Assembly (NCBI GenBank): GCA_023254095.1
Contig: JALNLM010000006.1
Coordinates: 28,146-92,145 of the forward strand
Length of the DNA: 64,000 bases
Reading direction: 5' to 3'
DNA from: Candidatus Geocrenenecus huangii
GTDB lineage: Archaea > Thermoproteota > Nitrososphaeria_A > Caldarchaeales > Wolframiiraptoraceae
The notes under the pieces are model-generated. The model saw nothing but the letters and a program-made list of their open reading frames with translations. It searched no databases and was not told the origin of the DNA. This document shows positions 37,382 through 47,721 of this stretch, piece after piece. The first letter of the stretch is position 1, and each line of letters opens with the position of its first letter. Made by a program: the position numbers and the translations under genes.

Positions 37382-37617
37382 TGGAGGAGTATTTTATAGA
37401 TCTTGGTGAAAAGAAGCCCGGATGCACGGAAAACCCTGTAATTAGATTGACGCAGATGCTTTTAAGGGTAGAAGAAGGAAAAGGAGTACTAAAAGTGGCT
37501 TCAGATGAAAGAGAAATACCATTAAAGATACTTGAAATGCTTGCAGACAAGAGAAACTTAAAGCTTCAAGTCCTAGAGAAGAACGGCACGAAGGTAATCG
37601 TCCTCTACTCTAAGTAA
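37378..37617 (+). CDS. TusA-like small sulfur-carrier/sulfurtransferase-fold protein (divergent)
   Basis: 79 aa with predicted beta-alpha-beta-alpha-beta-beta topology. A single Cys at the end of beta1 ('KPGCTENP') instead of the canonical CPxP. Confidence 0.4.
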   Translation: MMEEYFIDLGEKKPGCTENPVIRLTQMLLRVEEGKGVLKVASDEREIPLKILEMLADKRNLKLQVLEKNGTKVIVLYSK

Positions 37618-37689
37618 ATTATGCCAATATTAATCGAACATGATTGTGCCATTTAGAAGATCTTATATTTATGACGACGTTAATAGTAG

Positions 37690-38928
37690 ATGATGTGTTT
37701 TTTGAATATTAATGAGATTCGTAAGGATTTCCCGATCTTGGAAAGGAAGATAAGAGGTAAAAGTTTAGTTTATCTTGATAGCGCTGCATCATCTCTTAAG
37801 CCTATACAAGTTGTCGAAGCTATTAGAGAGTTCTATTTAATAGAATACAGTAATATTCATAGAGGGGTTCATTACCTTAGTCAGTCGGCTACGTCAAGAT
37901 ACGAAGAATCTAGAGAGAAAATTGCCAAATTCATAAATGCGCATAGTTCCGAAGAAATAATCTTCACCTATGGTACGACCGACTCGCTTAATATGCTTGC
38001 ATATGGTTATGGTTTGAGAGTACTCAAACCTGGAGACAAGATACTTTTAACAATTATGGAGCATCACAGCAATATTCTTCCATGGATGTATATATCCACA
38101 CTTACTGGAGCGAAGATAGATTACATAGACATCACGGATGAAGGGGAGATTGATTATGACGAACTTGACGAAAAAATAAACGAGAAGACCAAGATTGTCT
38201 CAATAACGCATATGTCTAACGTTCTTGGAACGATAATCGACGTTAAGAAGATCGCTAAGAAAATACATGAAGTAGGAGGTGTGATAATAGTTGATGGAGC
38301 ACAATCAGTCCCACATATGCCAATAAACGTTAGAGAACTAGAAATAGACTTCTTGGCATTCAGTGGACATAAAATGCTTGGGCCGACGGGTATAGGCGTA
38401 CTATGGATCAAGCGAGACTTGCTAGATGACATGCATCCTCCCAGACTCGGCGGTGGATCTATTAGAGATGTTACACTAGATGACTTTACCTTCCTAGATC
38501 CACCACATCGTTTTGAAGCTGGAACACCTAATATAGCTGGTGTAATAGGTTTAGCAAGAGCGGTAGAGTATCTAGAGAAGATCGGGATGAATAATGTGAG
38601 AAGGCATGAAGAAGAATTAACTAGTTATGCTTTGAAAGAACTTGATAGGTTTAAGGGTCAGATCGATGTGTATGGGCCTAGCAGTGTATCGATTCGTGGA
38701 GGAATAATAGCCTTCAATGTCAAGGGTCTAGACCCGAATATGGTTGGGGGCTTGCTTGATAGCTTTGGTATAGCTGTAAGAACGGGAAAACATTGCGCTC
38801 ATCCTCTACATCAAAGATTAAGTATAGATGGGTCGGTTAGGGCAAGCATATACATCTACAACACAAAAGAAGAAATAGCCCTCCTTACATCAGCACTAGA
38901 AGAGATAACTAACGCTACAATTAGATGA
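37690..38928 (+). CDS. Cysteine desulfurase / selenocysteine lyase (SufS/CsdA-like)
   Basis: 'FSGHKMLGPTGIGVLW' PLP-Lys block and 'RTGKHCAHPL' catalytic Cys block. Confidence 0.8.
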   Translation: MMCFLNINEIRKDFPILERKIRGKSLVYLDSAASSLKPIQVVEAIREFYLIEYSNIHRGVHYLSQSATSRYEESREKIAKFINAHSSEEIIFTYGTTDSLNMLAYGYGLRVLKPGDKILLTIMEHHSNILPWMYISTLTGAKIDYIDITDEGEIDYDELDEKINEKTKIVSITHMSNVLGTIIDVKKIAKKIHEVGGVIIVDGAQSVPHMPINVRELEIDFLAFSGHKMLGPTGIGVLWIKRDLLDDMHPPRLGGGSIRDVTLDDFTFLDPPHRFEAGTPNIAGVIGLARAVEYLEKIGMNNVRRHEEELTSYALKELDRFKGQIDVYGPSSVSIRGGIIAFNVKGLDPNMVGGLLDSFGIAVRTGKHCAHPLHQRLSIDGSVRASIYIYNTKEEIALLTSALEEITNATIR

Positions 38929-38990
38929 AGAACCTTTATGAGATTAGAATTTTACGTAAACAGGTTCTTAATATTTATTATTTTCCCGAA
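38929..38990 (+). terminator. Hairpin (AAGAACCT...AGGTTCTT) followed by T-rich tract after sufS-like gene
   Basis: 8-bp inverted repeat enclosing about 27 nt, then 'tatttattattttccc'. Confidence 0.3.
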
Positions 38991-39055
38991 TGTAAAAAGA
39001 AAAATATAAATCGTAGCTGATACCTTGTTATCCTGACCCTGCAGACCAAATCTAT

Positions 39056-40187
39056 ACATGGACATAAGTATAGAGATGAAAAGAATGGAGTATTCATTCC
39101 GCCTATTTACCAGACTGCTATCTTTGAGCAGCCAGGTTGGACTAGGAAGACTGATAGAGGAGTAGACCTCAAATACAGTAGAGAAGAAAATCTAACTGTT
39201 GAATCGTTGGAAAATGTAATCACTGAACTAGAAGAAGGTGGAGACTCTCTTTGCTTTTCAAGTGGTATGGCCGCAATATCTACAATATACTTCTCCACAT
39301 TAAGAAAATACGATCAAATAGTCCTATCCGCTGAATCGTATGGGACGACTTTACAACTTGGAGAGAAACTTAGAGAATTCGGTATAGACGTTCAGGTCTC
39401 ATGGCCTGAAACAGAAAATATCATAGAATCAATAAATAGGAAGACGAAGCTCGTATTGATAGAGGTCGTAACAAACCCGACTTTAAGAGTGTTCAATATC
39501 CGAGAGATAGCTGAAGTATGTAGGGAGAACAAAACAATCCTAGTAGTGGACAATACGTTCGCTACGCCATACCTCTATAAACCCTTAAAAGATGGAGTAG
39601 ATATAGTCCTCCATAGTCTAACAAAATATCTATCAGGACATAACGATGTATTAGGTGGCTCAATAACCTCAAGTAAAGAAAAGATTCTAGAGCTATGGGA
39701 TTGGAGAAGAATGCTCGGAACGATAATTCCACCCTTCGAAGCATTCCTGATAATCAGAGGCTTGAAGACCTTTGAGTTAAGAATGGAGAAACATTGTAAA
39801 AATGCTCTAATAATAGCTGAGCATCTCCAAGAACATCCAAAGATAACCGAAGTACTCTACCCCGGTTTAACCTCCAACAAATACCACGATATAGCTAAGA
39901 AGTTATTCAATAATAAAGGATTCGGAGGAGTCGTAAGTTTTAGGATAAAAGGTGGTGAAGAAGAAGTAGTGAGACTGATGAAGAACTTGAAGATTATTAA
40001 ACCAGCACCCAGTCTAGGAGGAGCTGAATCTATCTTAACTTATCCAGTAATTAGTGCAGCCATGACTATGCCGAAAGATCTTCGAGATAAGCTAGGCATA
40101 AAAGAAGACCTCCTGCGTTTATCGGTTGGACTCGAAGATGTAGAAGATTTAATCGAAGACATCGATAAGGCTTTAGCCAGTATCTAA
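39056..40187 (+). pseudogene. Cys/Met-metabolism PLP enzyme (cystathionine gamma-synthase/beta-lyase family) disrupted by a +1 frameshift near codon 45
   Basis: The N-terminal 'MGHKYRDEKNGVFIPPIYQTAIFEQ...DLKYS' is in one frame (stop at about 39200). The rest ('REENLTVESLENVITELEEGG...SLTKYLSGHNDVLGG') is in the +1 frame. One extra A in 'cagtAagagaag' at about 39176-39186 accounts for the shift. Confidence 0.7.
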
Positions 40188-40194
40188 CTTAGGG

Positions 40195-41211
40195 CTACGA
40201 GTAAGTGATATCCCAAACCCGTTCAAACCACATTAATTCAACTTCATCTAATCTAAACCTTGGTTTAACTCTACTCTCTTCAACCGTTACTGTCTGGTTT
40301 GTCAAAAGTTGAAGCACCCCAGTCCACGCTATCATCGCTCCATTATCTCCAGCATACTCTTGAGGAACGATCATAAGTCTAGCATCATGGAGCTTAACCA
40401 TTTCCTCCACCATTTCTCTCAACCTAACACTCCTTGATAATCCTCCCACGATCAATACTTCATTCTTTTCCGTGAATGCTAAAGCCCGCTCGGTAACCTC
40501 TGTCAACATACTGAAGACTGTTTCAATAAGACTATAGCAGACGTCTTCCAGCCTAGCCCCTTCCTTTAACAATTTTAACGCCGTGGTCAGTATGCCTGAA
40601 AAAGAAACATCCATACCCTTTACTTTGTAAGGTAGATAGTAGAATTTTTTCCCTTCACGAGCTCTTATCTCCGGGTTCGGCATCGTCCCTATACATGCCT
40701 TAATCCCGAATACGTCGAGACAGTTTCCCGCGGCGATATCTAATGTTTCTCCGAAGATTCTATATCTTCCATCTTTGTAGGATGCGATGAGGGTATTCCC
40801 ACCTGCAACATAGAGGACGACGGGGTCTCTACATCTAGTAGTCAGCCTACCTATCTCTATATGAGCTACTCCATGATTTACCGATATTAAAGGAATGTTT
40901 AATCTAAGAGATAACGCTCTCGCAATCGTTGCCCCTACTCTAAGACATGGCCCCATCCCAGGTCCAGCAGAAAAAGCTATACCTTCTAACTGGGAAGGAG
41001 ATACCCCGCTCACCTTAAAGGCTTCCTTGATTATCTCGGGTGCTATTTGAGAATGATGTTGTGCAGCCTCTCTCGGATGTATTCCTCCAGACTTAGGAGT
41101 ATAAACGCTATTAACATTAGCTAGTATCTTACCTGTGGATGAAGCTATACCTACTCCGAATGTATGAGCCGTAGACTCTATACCTAAAACAATCTTCTCA
41201 TCTTTAGGCAA
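40195..41211 (-). CDS. kae1: tRNA N6-adenosine threonylcarbamoyltransferase Kae1 (unfused)
   Basis: 'LGIESTAHTFGVGI' and 'HGVAHIE' metal-binding motifs. 338 aa. Confidence 0.9.
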   Translation of the reverse strand: MPKDEKIVLGIESTAHTFGVGIASSTGKILANVNSVYTPKSGGIHPREAAQHHSQIAPEIIKEAFKVSGVSPSQLEGIAFSAGPGMGPCLRVGATIARALSLRLNIPLISVNHGVAHIEIGRLTTRCRDPVVLYVAGGNTLIASYKDGRYRIFGETLDIAAGNCLDVFGIKACIGTMPNPEIRAREGKKFYYLPYKVKGMDVSFSGILTTALKLLKEGARLEDVCYSLIETVFSMLTEVTERALAFTEKNEVLIVGGLSRSVRLREMVEEMVKLHDARLMIVPQEYAGDNGAMIAWTGVLQLLTNQTVTVEESRVKPRFRLDEVELMWFERVWDITYS

Positions 41212-41311
41212 TCAATCTCAGCCCCCACCATTCTCATAATTTGTTAATGTTGAAATAATTTATATCCTCCATCAAGAATTATCTTTTAGGCTTTGGAGGA
41301 AATACTGGGTC

Positions 41312-42331
41312 TTGATTATAGTAGATTGTTATGGTAGACCTGTAAGAGGGCTTAGAATCTCTGTGAATCCCAGTTATAGATGTAATTTTAGATGTATATT
41401 CTGCCACATGGAAGGCGTAGTAGAAAGTGGGTCTGAAGTAATGATGAATCCTGAAGAGATTGAGAAAATAGTCAAGATTCTGTTAAAATATAATATAAGG
41501 AAAGTCAAGTTGACTGGTGGAGAGCCAATGCTTAGAAGAGATATACTGGAGATAGTGGAGCGTCTCGGTAGACTGGACTTAGAAGATCTCAGCATGACTA
41601 CTAACGGCACCCGTCTAATATCGATGGCTAAGAAGCTTAAGATGGCAGGTTTAAGAAGAGTCAACATAAGTCTTCATAGTGTAAGTAGTGAAAAATATTG
41701 CTGGATTACTGGAACAACAAAAAGCGGAGACGGTCGGACAAGATATGATTACACTATAGATGCAATAAGGGCAGCTGTCGATGCAGGGTTAAACCCGGTG
41801 AAATTAAACGTAGTAGTCATGAAGAATGTGAATCAAGACGAATTGGAAAGATTAATCGAGTTTGCATCGATATTCGAAGGCAAAGTGATTCTCCAACTGA
41901 TAGAACTTATAGAAGAAGGTGCATCTGACAAAGAGTTCTTCAATAGATATTATTACGATTTACGAGAAGTTGAAGAGAGATTAGAATGTATGGCTGTAAA
42001 GATTGTTACTAGAAGCCTCCATATGAGGAGGCAGTACCTGCTACCTAATGGCGTGTGGGTTGAGGTTGTTAGGCCGAACAGTAACTACCAATTCTGTATG
42101 CATGATGATAGGATAAGGATAACACATGATGGTAAGTTTAAGCCGTGTCTGATGAGAGACGACAATCTAGTTGATTTCCTAACATATCTAAGAGCGGGAG
42201 CATCTGAAGAAGAACTTGAAAAACTATTCCTTAAAGCTATCAAGCTTAGAGAACCATACTATAGACCTCCAACCCTAAAGCCATCTGAAGACATATCAAT
42301 CATTCAGGAAGCATCTTATAAGAAGAGGTAA
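41312..42331 (+). CDS. moaA: GTP 3',8-cyclase (molybdenum cofactor biosynthesis, radical SAM)
   Basis: 'LRISVNPSYRCNFRCIFCH' radical-SAM CxxxCxxC cluster. C-terminal auxiliary-cluster Cys. Confidence 0.75.
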   Translation: MIIVDCYGRPVRGLRISVNPSYRCNFRCIFCHMEGVVESGSEVMMNPEEIEKIVKILLKYNIRKVKLTGGEPMLRRDILEIVERLGRLDLEDLSMTTNGTRLISMAKKLKMAGLRRVNISLHSVSSEKYCWITGTTKSGDGRTRYDYTIDAIRAAVDAGLNPVKLNVVVMKNVNQDELERLIEFASIFEGKVILQLIELIEEGASDKEFFNRYYYDLREVEERLECMAVKIVTRSLHMRRQYLLPNGVWVEVVRPNSNYQFCMHDDRIRITHDGKFKPCLMRDDNLVDFLTYLRAGASEEELEKLFLKAIKLREPYYRPPTLKPSEDISIIQEASYKKR

Positions 42332-42396
42332 ACTTCTCCAAGCCCTCCGAACGTCTTTTTGAAAAAAGTAATAGTTTTTAACATGGTTCCGAGAAG

Positions 42397-44205
42397 TTGA
42401 TTCTAGAGGTTAGGCTAATGAGTGCGAGGCTTCGACAACCCATTGTAGTGGTACTAGGTCATGTTGACCATGGGAAGACTTCCCTACTAGATAAAATGAG
42501 GGGAACGATAGTAGCGGTTAGAGAAGCTGGAGGGATAACGCAACATATAGGTGCCAGCTTATTCCCTCTGGACGCCTTGATAGACACATGCAAAACTCTA
42601 CTAGGCGAGATTAAAATCGAGAAACTTAGAGTTCCAGGTCTACTATTCATAGACACTCCAGGACATGCGGCATTTGCGAACTTGAGAAAGAGAGGTGGGT
42701 CGATAGCCGATCTAGCTATACTGGTAATAGATATTATTAATGGTGTTCAGGAACAGACGAGGGAGTGTATCCAGTTATTAAAATCTAGACGTACGCCGTT
42801 CGTGATCGCCGCAAACAAGATCGACCTTATACCGGGATGGAGAACGAGAGAGCTAGCACCATTTAGTAGAACTTTCGAATCTCAAAGTAGACTCGTCCAA
42901 GAAGAACTAGAAAAAAGAGTGTATGAATTGATAGGGGATCTTTCATTCTTCGGGTTCAAAGCCGACCTATATACTAGGATAAAAGATTTTGCAAGAACTT
43001 TAGCAATAGTTCCAGTAAGTGCGAAGACAGGTGAAGGCATTCCAGACCTGCTACTCATACTTCTAGGTTTAGCCCAATCCTTTATGCAAGATAGATTGTT
43101 AGCTTCTTCTGGACCAGCTGAAGGAGTCGTTCTAGAAGTCTTGGAAGAAGTCGGTATAGGTCATACAATAAATGCCATCATAAGCGAGGGAGTGTTAAGA
43201 GTTGGAGATAGGATAGGCTTGATGGGCGTTGATGGACCATTCTCAACTAGAGTTAAAGCTCTTCTCATGCCTAAGCCTCTCGATGAAATGAGGGATCCTA
43301 GAGACAAATTCAAGAGAATTGAGGAGGTCGAAGCAGCGGTCGGTGTAAAAATAGTTGCAGAAGGATTAGATAAATGCTTCGCGGGGTCACCTATCTATGT
43401 AATCTCTTCCCCTGAGAATGAACAGGAGATCCTTCAGAGAATAAAGAACGAGATTGAAGAATTCATGATAACTACGGACAAGATCGGGGTTGTCGTGAAA
43501 GCGGATACATTAGGTTCTCTTGAAGCGGCCACCCTCTATCTTCATGAGAAAGGCATACCTGTAAGAAGAGCGGACATAGGAGAAGTTAGCAAGAGAGACG
43601 TGGTTGAAGCGGAGATAGTGAAGATGAAAGACGAGTTGAAAGGCGTGATACTAGCGTTTAACGTGAAGATAGATCAGGACCTAGAGATAGATGCGAGCAA
43701 CAAAGGCATCAGAATATTCAAAGACTCGGTATTATTTAGACTGGTAAACGCGTATCTTGAATGGGTTGAGAATGAAACAACTACACGTAGACTTAGAGCA
43801 TTCGATTCGTTAATGAAGCCTGGGAAGATAAAGATAATGGAGGGGTACGTTTTTAGAAGAAGCGAGCCCGCAATCGTTGGAGTAGAAGTATTGAGCGGGC
43901 TCATCAAACCAAAGTATCCATTAATGAACTCTAGAGGCAAGATTGTCGGCACGATCTCCCAGATACAAGATAGAGGTCAAAGCGTACATGAAGCAAGAGC
44001 AGGGTCTAGGGTGGCTATATCGATGAGAGAGCCGGTAGTTGGAAGACATGTAAGAGAAGGAGAGATACTTTATACAGCTCTACCTGAGCAAGATGCAAGG
44101 CTGCTTCAGAAAGAATACTATGATATGCTAGATGAGGAGTCTAGAAAAGTTCTAGAAGAAATAGTCGAGATCAAGAGGTCGGTAGATCCCCTCTGGGCTA
44201 GATAA
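42397..44205 (+). CDS. infB: Translation initiation factor aIF5B (IF-2)
   Basis: G domain 'VLGHVDHGKTSLLD', 'DTPGH', 'NKID'. 602 aa, no intein. Confidence 0.9.
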   Translation: MILEVRLMSARLRQPIVVVLGHVDHGKTSLLDKMRGTIVAVREAGGITQHIGASLFPLDALIDTCKTLLGEIKIEKLRVPGLLFIDTPGHAAFANLRKRGGSIADLAILVIDIINGVQEQTRECIQLLKSRRTPFVIAANKIDLIPGWRTRELAPFSRTFESQSRLVQEELEKRVYELIGDLSFFGFKADLYTRIKDFARTLAIVPVSAKTGEGIPDLLLILLGLAQSFMQDRLLASSGPAEGVVLEVLEEVGIGHTINAIISEGVLRVGDRIGLMGVDGPFSTRVKALLMPKPLDEMRDPRDKFKRIEEVEAAVGVKIVAEGLDKCFAGSPIYVISSPENEQEILQRIKNEIEEFMITTDKIGVVVKADTLGSLEAATLYLHEKGIPVRRADIGEVSKRDVVEAEIVKMKDELKGVILAFNVKIDQDLEIDASNKGIRIFKDSVLFRLVNAYLEWVENETTTRRLRAFDSLMKPGKIKIMEGYVFRRSEPAIVGVEVLSGLIKPKYPLMNSRGKIVGTISQIQDRGQSVHEARAGSRVAISMREPVVGRHVREGEILYTALPEQDARLLQKEYYDMLDEESRKVLEEIVEIKRSVDPLWAR

Positions 44206-44286
44206 ACCACATAGGTGAATCTAGTTTAAATCCTACCCTCCCTACTTTGGTTTATATACTAGATTGATTCTTCAAATGATTGAAAG

Positions 44287-44736
44287 ATGTCAGAGAAGAG
44301 TGCTGCCCCAAAACTCGTACTATCTAACCCGGAAGATGGTACAGCGAAGAGTATACAGCTTGACCCGAGGGTCTTCCAATTATTTATCGGCAAGAAGATC
44401 GGAGATGAGATAGACGGATCGATACTTGGATTCAAAGGCTACAAGATAAAGATAACGGGAGGAACAGATAGAGATGGATTCCCCATGCGTCCAGAGGTTA
44501 GTGGACCTAGGAAGGTAAAATTACTAATCTCTGGTGGAGCAGGATTCCATCCTAGAGAGAAGCCGGCATCTAAAAAGAAGAAGAAAAGATTGCGCAGGAT
44601 AAAGAAGGGTCTTAGAAAGAGAAGGACTGTTAGAGGAAATGTTGTCAGCGAGGCTATAACTCAGATAAACGCAGTCCTCGTAGCTTATCAAACCGAATCC
44701 AAGAAGAAAGAAGTAGCGGAGGCTGAAGCATCATGA
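44287..44736 (+). CDS. rps6e: Ribosomal protein S6e
   Basis: 'ITGGTDRDGFPMRP' S6e signature and a basic C-terminal tail. Confidence 0.8.
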   Translation: MSEKSAAPKLVLSNPEDGTAKSIQLDPRVFQLFIGKKIGDEIDGSILGFKGYKIKITGGTDRDGFPMRPEVSGPRKVKLLISGGAGFHPREKPASKKKKKRLRRIKKGLRKRRTVRGNVVSEAITQINAVLVAYQTESKKKEVAEAEAS

Positions 44737-45047
44737 AGATAGAAAAAATAGAGAGAGACTTGTATAACAAGCTGCTGAATAGGAGAGAATTGGAATTAAT
44801 CGTCTCCTATGAATCTTCTACGCCTAAACGTGAAGAAGTAAGGGAATTCGTTTCTGAGCGGTTTGATGCATCTATTGAAAGAGTTATAGTGGAATTGATT
44901 GAAAGCGTCTTCGGTTCACGAAAAGCGAGAATACACGTCCACATATACGATGACCTAGAGGATGCGAGGAGATTTGAGAGGAGACATGTATTGAAGAAGC
45001 ATGAATTAATCGAAGTAGGAGGTGGTAAAAGTGGGAAAACAAGCTAA
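44733..45047 (+). CDS. rps24e: Ribosomal protein S24e
   Basis: S24e fold pattern with 'RELELIVSYESSTPKREEV'. Overlapping start. Confidence 0.8.
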   Translation: MKIEKIERDLYNKLLNRRELELIVSYESSTPKREEVREFVSERFDASIERVIVELIESVFGSRKARIHVHIYDDLEDARRFERRHVLKKHELIEVGGGKSGKTS

Positions 45048-45207
45048 ACTGTGGAGAAAATACAAAATCGAAAATAACGTGCTCAATAGGAAAGTAGTTT
45101 TCTGTCCTAGATGCGGGGAAGGATATGTCATGGCTGAGCATCCAGATAGATTTTACTGTGGAAACTGCCACTTCACGAAGTTTAAAACAGGAGAAAAGAA
45201 AGAATAA
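45022..45207 (+). CDS. rps27ae: Ribosomal protein S27ae (zinc ribbon)
   Basis: 'CPRCGEG...CGNCH' C4 ribbon. Canonical position after rps24e. Confidence 0.8.
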   Translation: MVKVGKQAKLWRKYKIENNVLNRKVVFCPRCGEGYVMAEHPDRFYCGNCHFTKFKTGEKKE

Positions 45208-45212
45208 CCTGT

Positions 45213-46025
45213 CTAAAGCTTTGAGAACAAGTCGAGGATCTTAGGGATCCTGGTTTTTCTTATTATGCCGTACTGGTATGATAGGAAGGGTGTAGCCCCC
45301 CATTTCATCTTAAACCTAGCTACGCCCTCGTTTGTACCCAGACCCAAGTTGACATATTTCTTTCCGCTTTCATAAGAGATCTTCAACAAATAGTGTAGAA
45401 GCAGGTCTGATACCCCTGGAACATAGTTGTCCCTCCTACTAACGATGTTAAACATGTAGAAAGAGTACTCGCCCGGGGGTAGGTCAACTATGTCGAAACC
45501 AGCAAGCCCGCCCCCCCTCTTGTACGCGTTAACTACCTTAACGGTATTAGACCTTGAAAGATAGTATTCTAAGCGGCTGCAGATGTACTTCGTTGATTCC
45601 TGGATGTCCGGTCTTTTAAGAAAATCTTCTATGAGGCTTCTATGGTCTTTTGTTAAGTTTTTGCCAAGATGTATGGTTAGTTCTCTTGAAGCTCTTGAAA
45701 CCATGTATCTTAACCTCTTACCCATCACACTTACTGGAAGTGCCGTCCTGTAGTAGTTGTCTGATTTGACCTCGTCAAACTTCAAATGGGCAGGCAGTCT
45801 CGGAGCGATAACGATTATGTTCTCTAACTTCTGTATTGATAGAAGTTCTCGAACTATCTTGGCGACATCTTCTTCGTTGAATTCTCCCTGAATTGGGTAG
45901 CCTACAACTACGGAAGTATCCGCATCCGTGTACATAAGATATCTTCCATACATTTTAGCTCTTAGACCTGAGATCGCCTCAAAGTAATCTATTATCTGCT
46001 CCGGAATATAGGGCTGAGGGATCAC
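45213..46025 (-). CDS. GNAT-fold acyltransferase-like protein (DUF2156 / FemAB-like), tentative
   Basis: Weak resemblance only: a 'KRGGGLAGFDIVD...YVNLGLG' block. Confidence 0.3.
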   Translation of the reverse strand: MIPQPYIPEQIIDYFEAISGLRAKMYGRYLMYTDADTSVVVGYPIQGEFNEEDVAKIVRELLSIQKLENIIVIAPRLPAHLKFDEVKSDNYYRTALPVSVMGKRLRYMVSRASRELTIHLGKNLTKDHRSLIEDFLKRPDIQESTKYICSRLEYYLSRSNTVKVVNAYKRGGGLAGFDIVDLPPGEYSFYMFNIVSRRDNYVPGVSDLLLHYLLKISYESGKKYVNLGLGTNEGVARFKMKWGATPFLSYQYGIIRKTRIPKILDLFSKL

Positions 46026-46254
46026 GTTCTTCAGACCTCTTCCAACCAGATTTTATCTTCAAATCCTTTTAAACATTCAATATTTAATGCTCTGCAAAGC
46101 ATGTAGAATAGTATAATTAGCCCCTTGTTAACTGGTTGTTGAACAAGATTAGAAATAAGCGGGTATGGAAAAGAGGTATAATAATATCTCTAAAGTATTT
46201 TTCGAAACCCTATTTAAGAAGAGATGTTGGAGAACGTTAGGTTAGGCTTAAAAT

Positions 46255-47721
46255 CTAGTCGAATACTAATGCGTTTCCTACCAGTTCATGAACCCCTCCA
46301 ACCGTAATGGGCATCTTATAGTGGTCAAAGTATTCAGTGAAAGCGGCTTTATCTATTGCACATATGCAGGCTAAGAAGTTTGCCCCAGTCCTCTTTATGG
46401 CCTCGATCTTCGGTTTAACGGCTTTAAGTCTTAACTCAATAGTCTCATCCGCGAGCAACCCCCCTCCAGCACAACAACATATTGTCTTCTCCCTGTTTAC
46501 GTTCGGGTCAAGTTCAACATAGTTTCTACAAACGTTCCTGAGTATGTATCTAGGTTCTTCTATCAACCCTAGGACTCTGGCTGGATTGCAGGAGTCATGA
46601 TACGTAACAATGTATTGATTGTTTGCGTCGGGGTTCAACTTTAGTTTTCCATGCTTTATCAAGTCTGCGGTGAACTCGCAGATATGGACCATCTTAGTAG
46701 ATGCAGCGTGTTCAAACTTGGTGCCTGTTACAGGTGAGATAGGCTCTTCTAAGAAATCTAGTGGTCCATTCATTGTATCCATGAACGCATGTATAACCCT
46801 CCACATATGTCCGCATTCTCCTCCAAGAATCCATTTAACACCAAGCCTCTTCGCCTCCTCTACAAGCTTCTTATTAATCTTCTTCATATGCTCGTATCCA
46901 AGCCAAGTCCCGAAATTGCCTCCTTCACTAGCATACGTGCTTATCGTATAGTCTAGCCCGATCTGGTGAAACATCTTTATTGCTCCCTTAAGTGTACCCC
47001 AATGTGGTCCTCCGAAAAAGTCGGCGGAAGGGGGAACATACAGTATCTCTGCACCCTTCTTGTTTATCGGTACTTTAACATCTATCCCAGTTTCTTCCTT
47101 GATCTCTTCTTCAGCGAATTGTATAGCGCTGAGGAGTGCTGCTGGAGGTATGCCCATATGGTTCCCTACTGTCTCACATTTCGCTATTGCCTCTGTTAGT
47201 GATCTTGGACTAAGCCCTATAGCTGTCAGAACCTCTCTAGCAGCGATCATTATCTCCGCAGTATCTATCCCGTACGGGCAGAAGACGGAACACCTTCTAC
47301 ATTGAGAACATTGATAGAAATAGGTATACCATAACTCGACTGTTTCTTCTGTAAGTTCTTCTGCCCCGACAAGTCCTCTGAATATCTTTCCCGTTAATGT
47401 AAAGTATCTCTTGTAGACAGACCTGAACAAGTCTTGTCTAGCTACAGGCATGTTATTTGGATCTAGAGTACCGAGAAAGAATGGACATTTATCTGTGCAT
47501 GCTCCGCATTTCACACAGATATCCAAGAACAGCTTTACAGACCTGAATTTATTTACTACTTCATTCATCTTCTTTAAAGCTATCTCTCTCCAGTCTGGTG
47601 GAAGATTGAATTGTGTATGACTCCACTCTCTTGGGAACGGTAGATTCAGGGTCTCCATATCACGTTTCCACGTAGCATAAAGTTTATACTTCCTCGCAGG
47701 TTGAGTAAGGTCTACTTTCAT
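46255..47721 (-). CDS. HdrD/DsrK-like iron-sulfur oxidoreductase (2x[4Fe-4S] ferredoxin + CCG domains)
   Basis: 'CVKCGACTDKCP' and 'CSQCRRCSVFCP' ferredoxin motifs. C-terminal Cys-rich 'CNPAR...CCCAGGG' CCG-type domain. Confidence 0.75.
   Translation of the reverse strand: MKVDLTQPARKYKLYATWKRDMETLNLPFPREWSHTQFNLPPDWREIALKKMNEVVNKFRSVKLFLDICVKCGACTDKCPFFLGTLDPNNMPVARQDLFRSVYKRYFTLTGKIFRGLVGAEELTEETVELWYTYFYQCSQCRRCSVFCPYGIDTAEIMIAAREVLTAIGLSPRSLTEAIAKCETVGNHMGIPPAALLSAIQFAEEEIKEETGIDVKVPINKKGAEILYVPPSADFFGGPHWGTLKGAIKMFHQIGLDYTISTYASEGGNFGTWLGYEHMKKINKKLVEEAKRLGVKWILGGECGHMWRVIHAFMDTMNGPLDFLEEPISPVTGTKFEHAASTKMVHICEFTADLIKHGKLKLNPDANNQYIVTYHDSCNPARVLGLIEEPRYILRNVCRNYVELDPNVNREKTICCCAGGGLLADETIELRLKAVKPKIEAIKRTGANFLACICAIDKAAFTEYFDHYKMPITVGGVHELVGNALVFD

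Noticed and set aside
46026-46254. Short imperfect inverted repeats (ATGCT...AGCAT, TTGTTGAACAA) between the DUF2156-like gene and the dsrK-like gene as a structured RNA
   Set aside because: The stems are short and imperfect and lie in an AT-rich spacer. They could arise by chance, and no box or terminator-like features accompany them.
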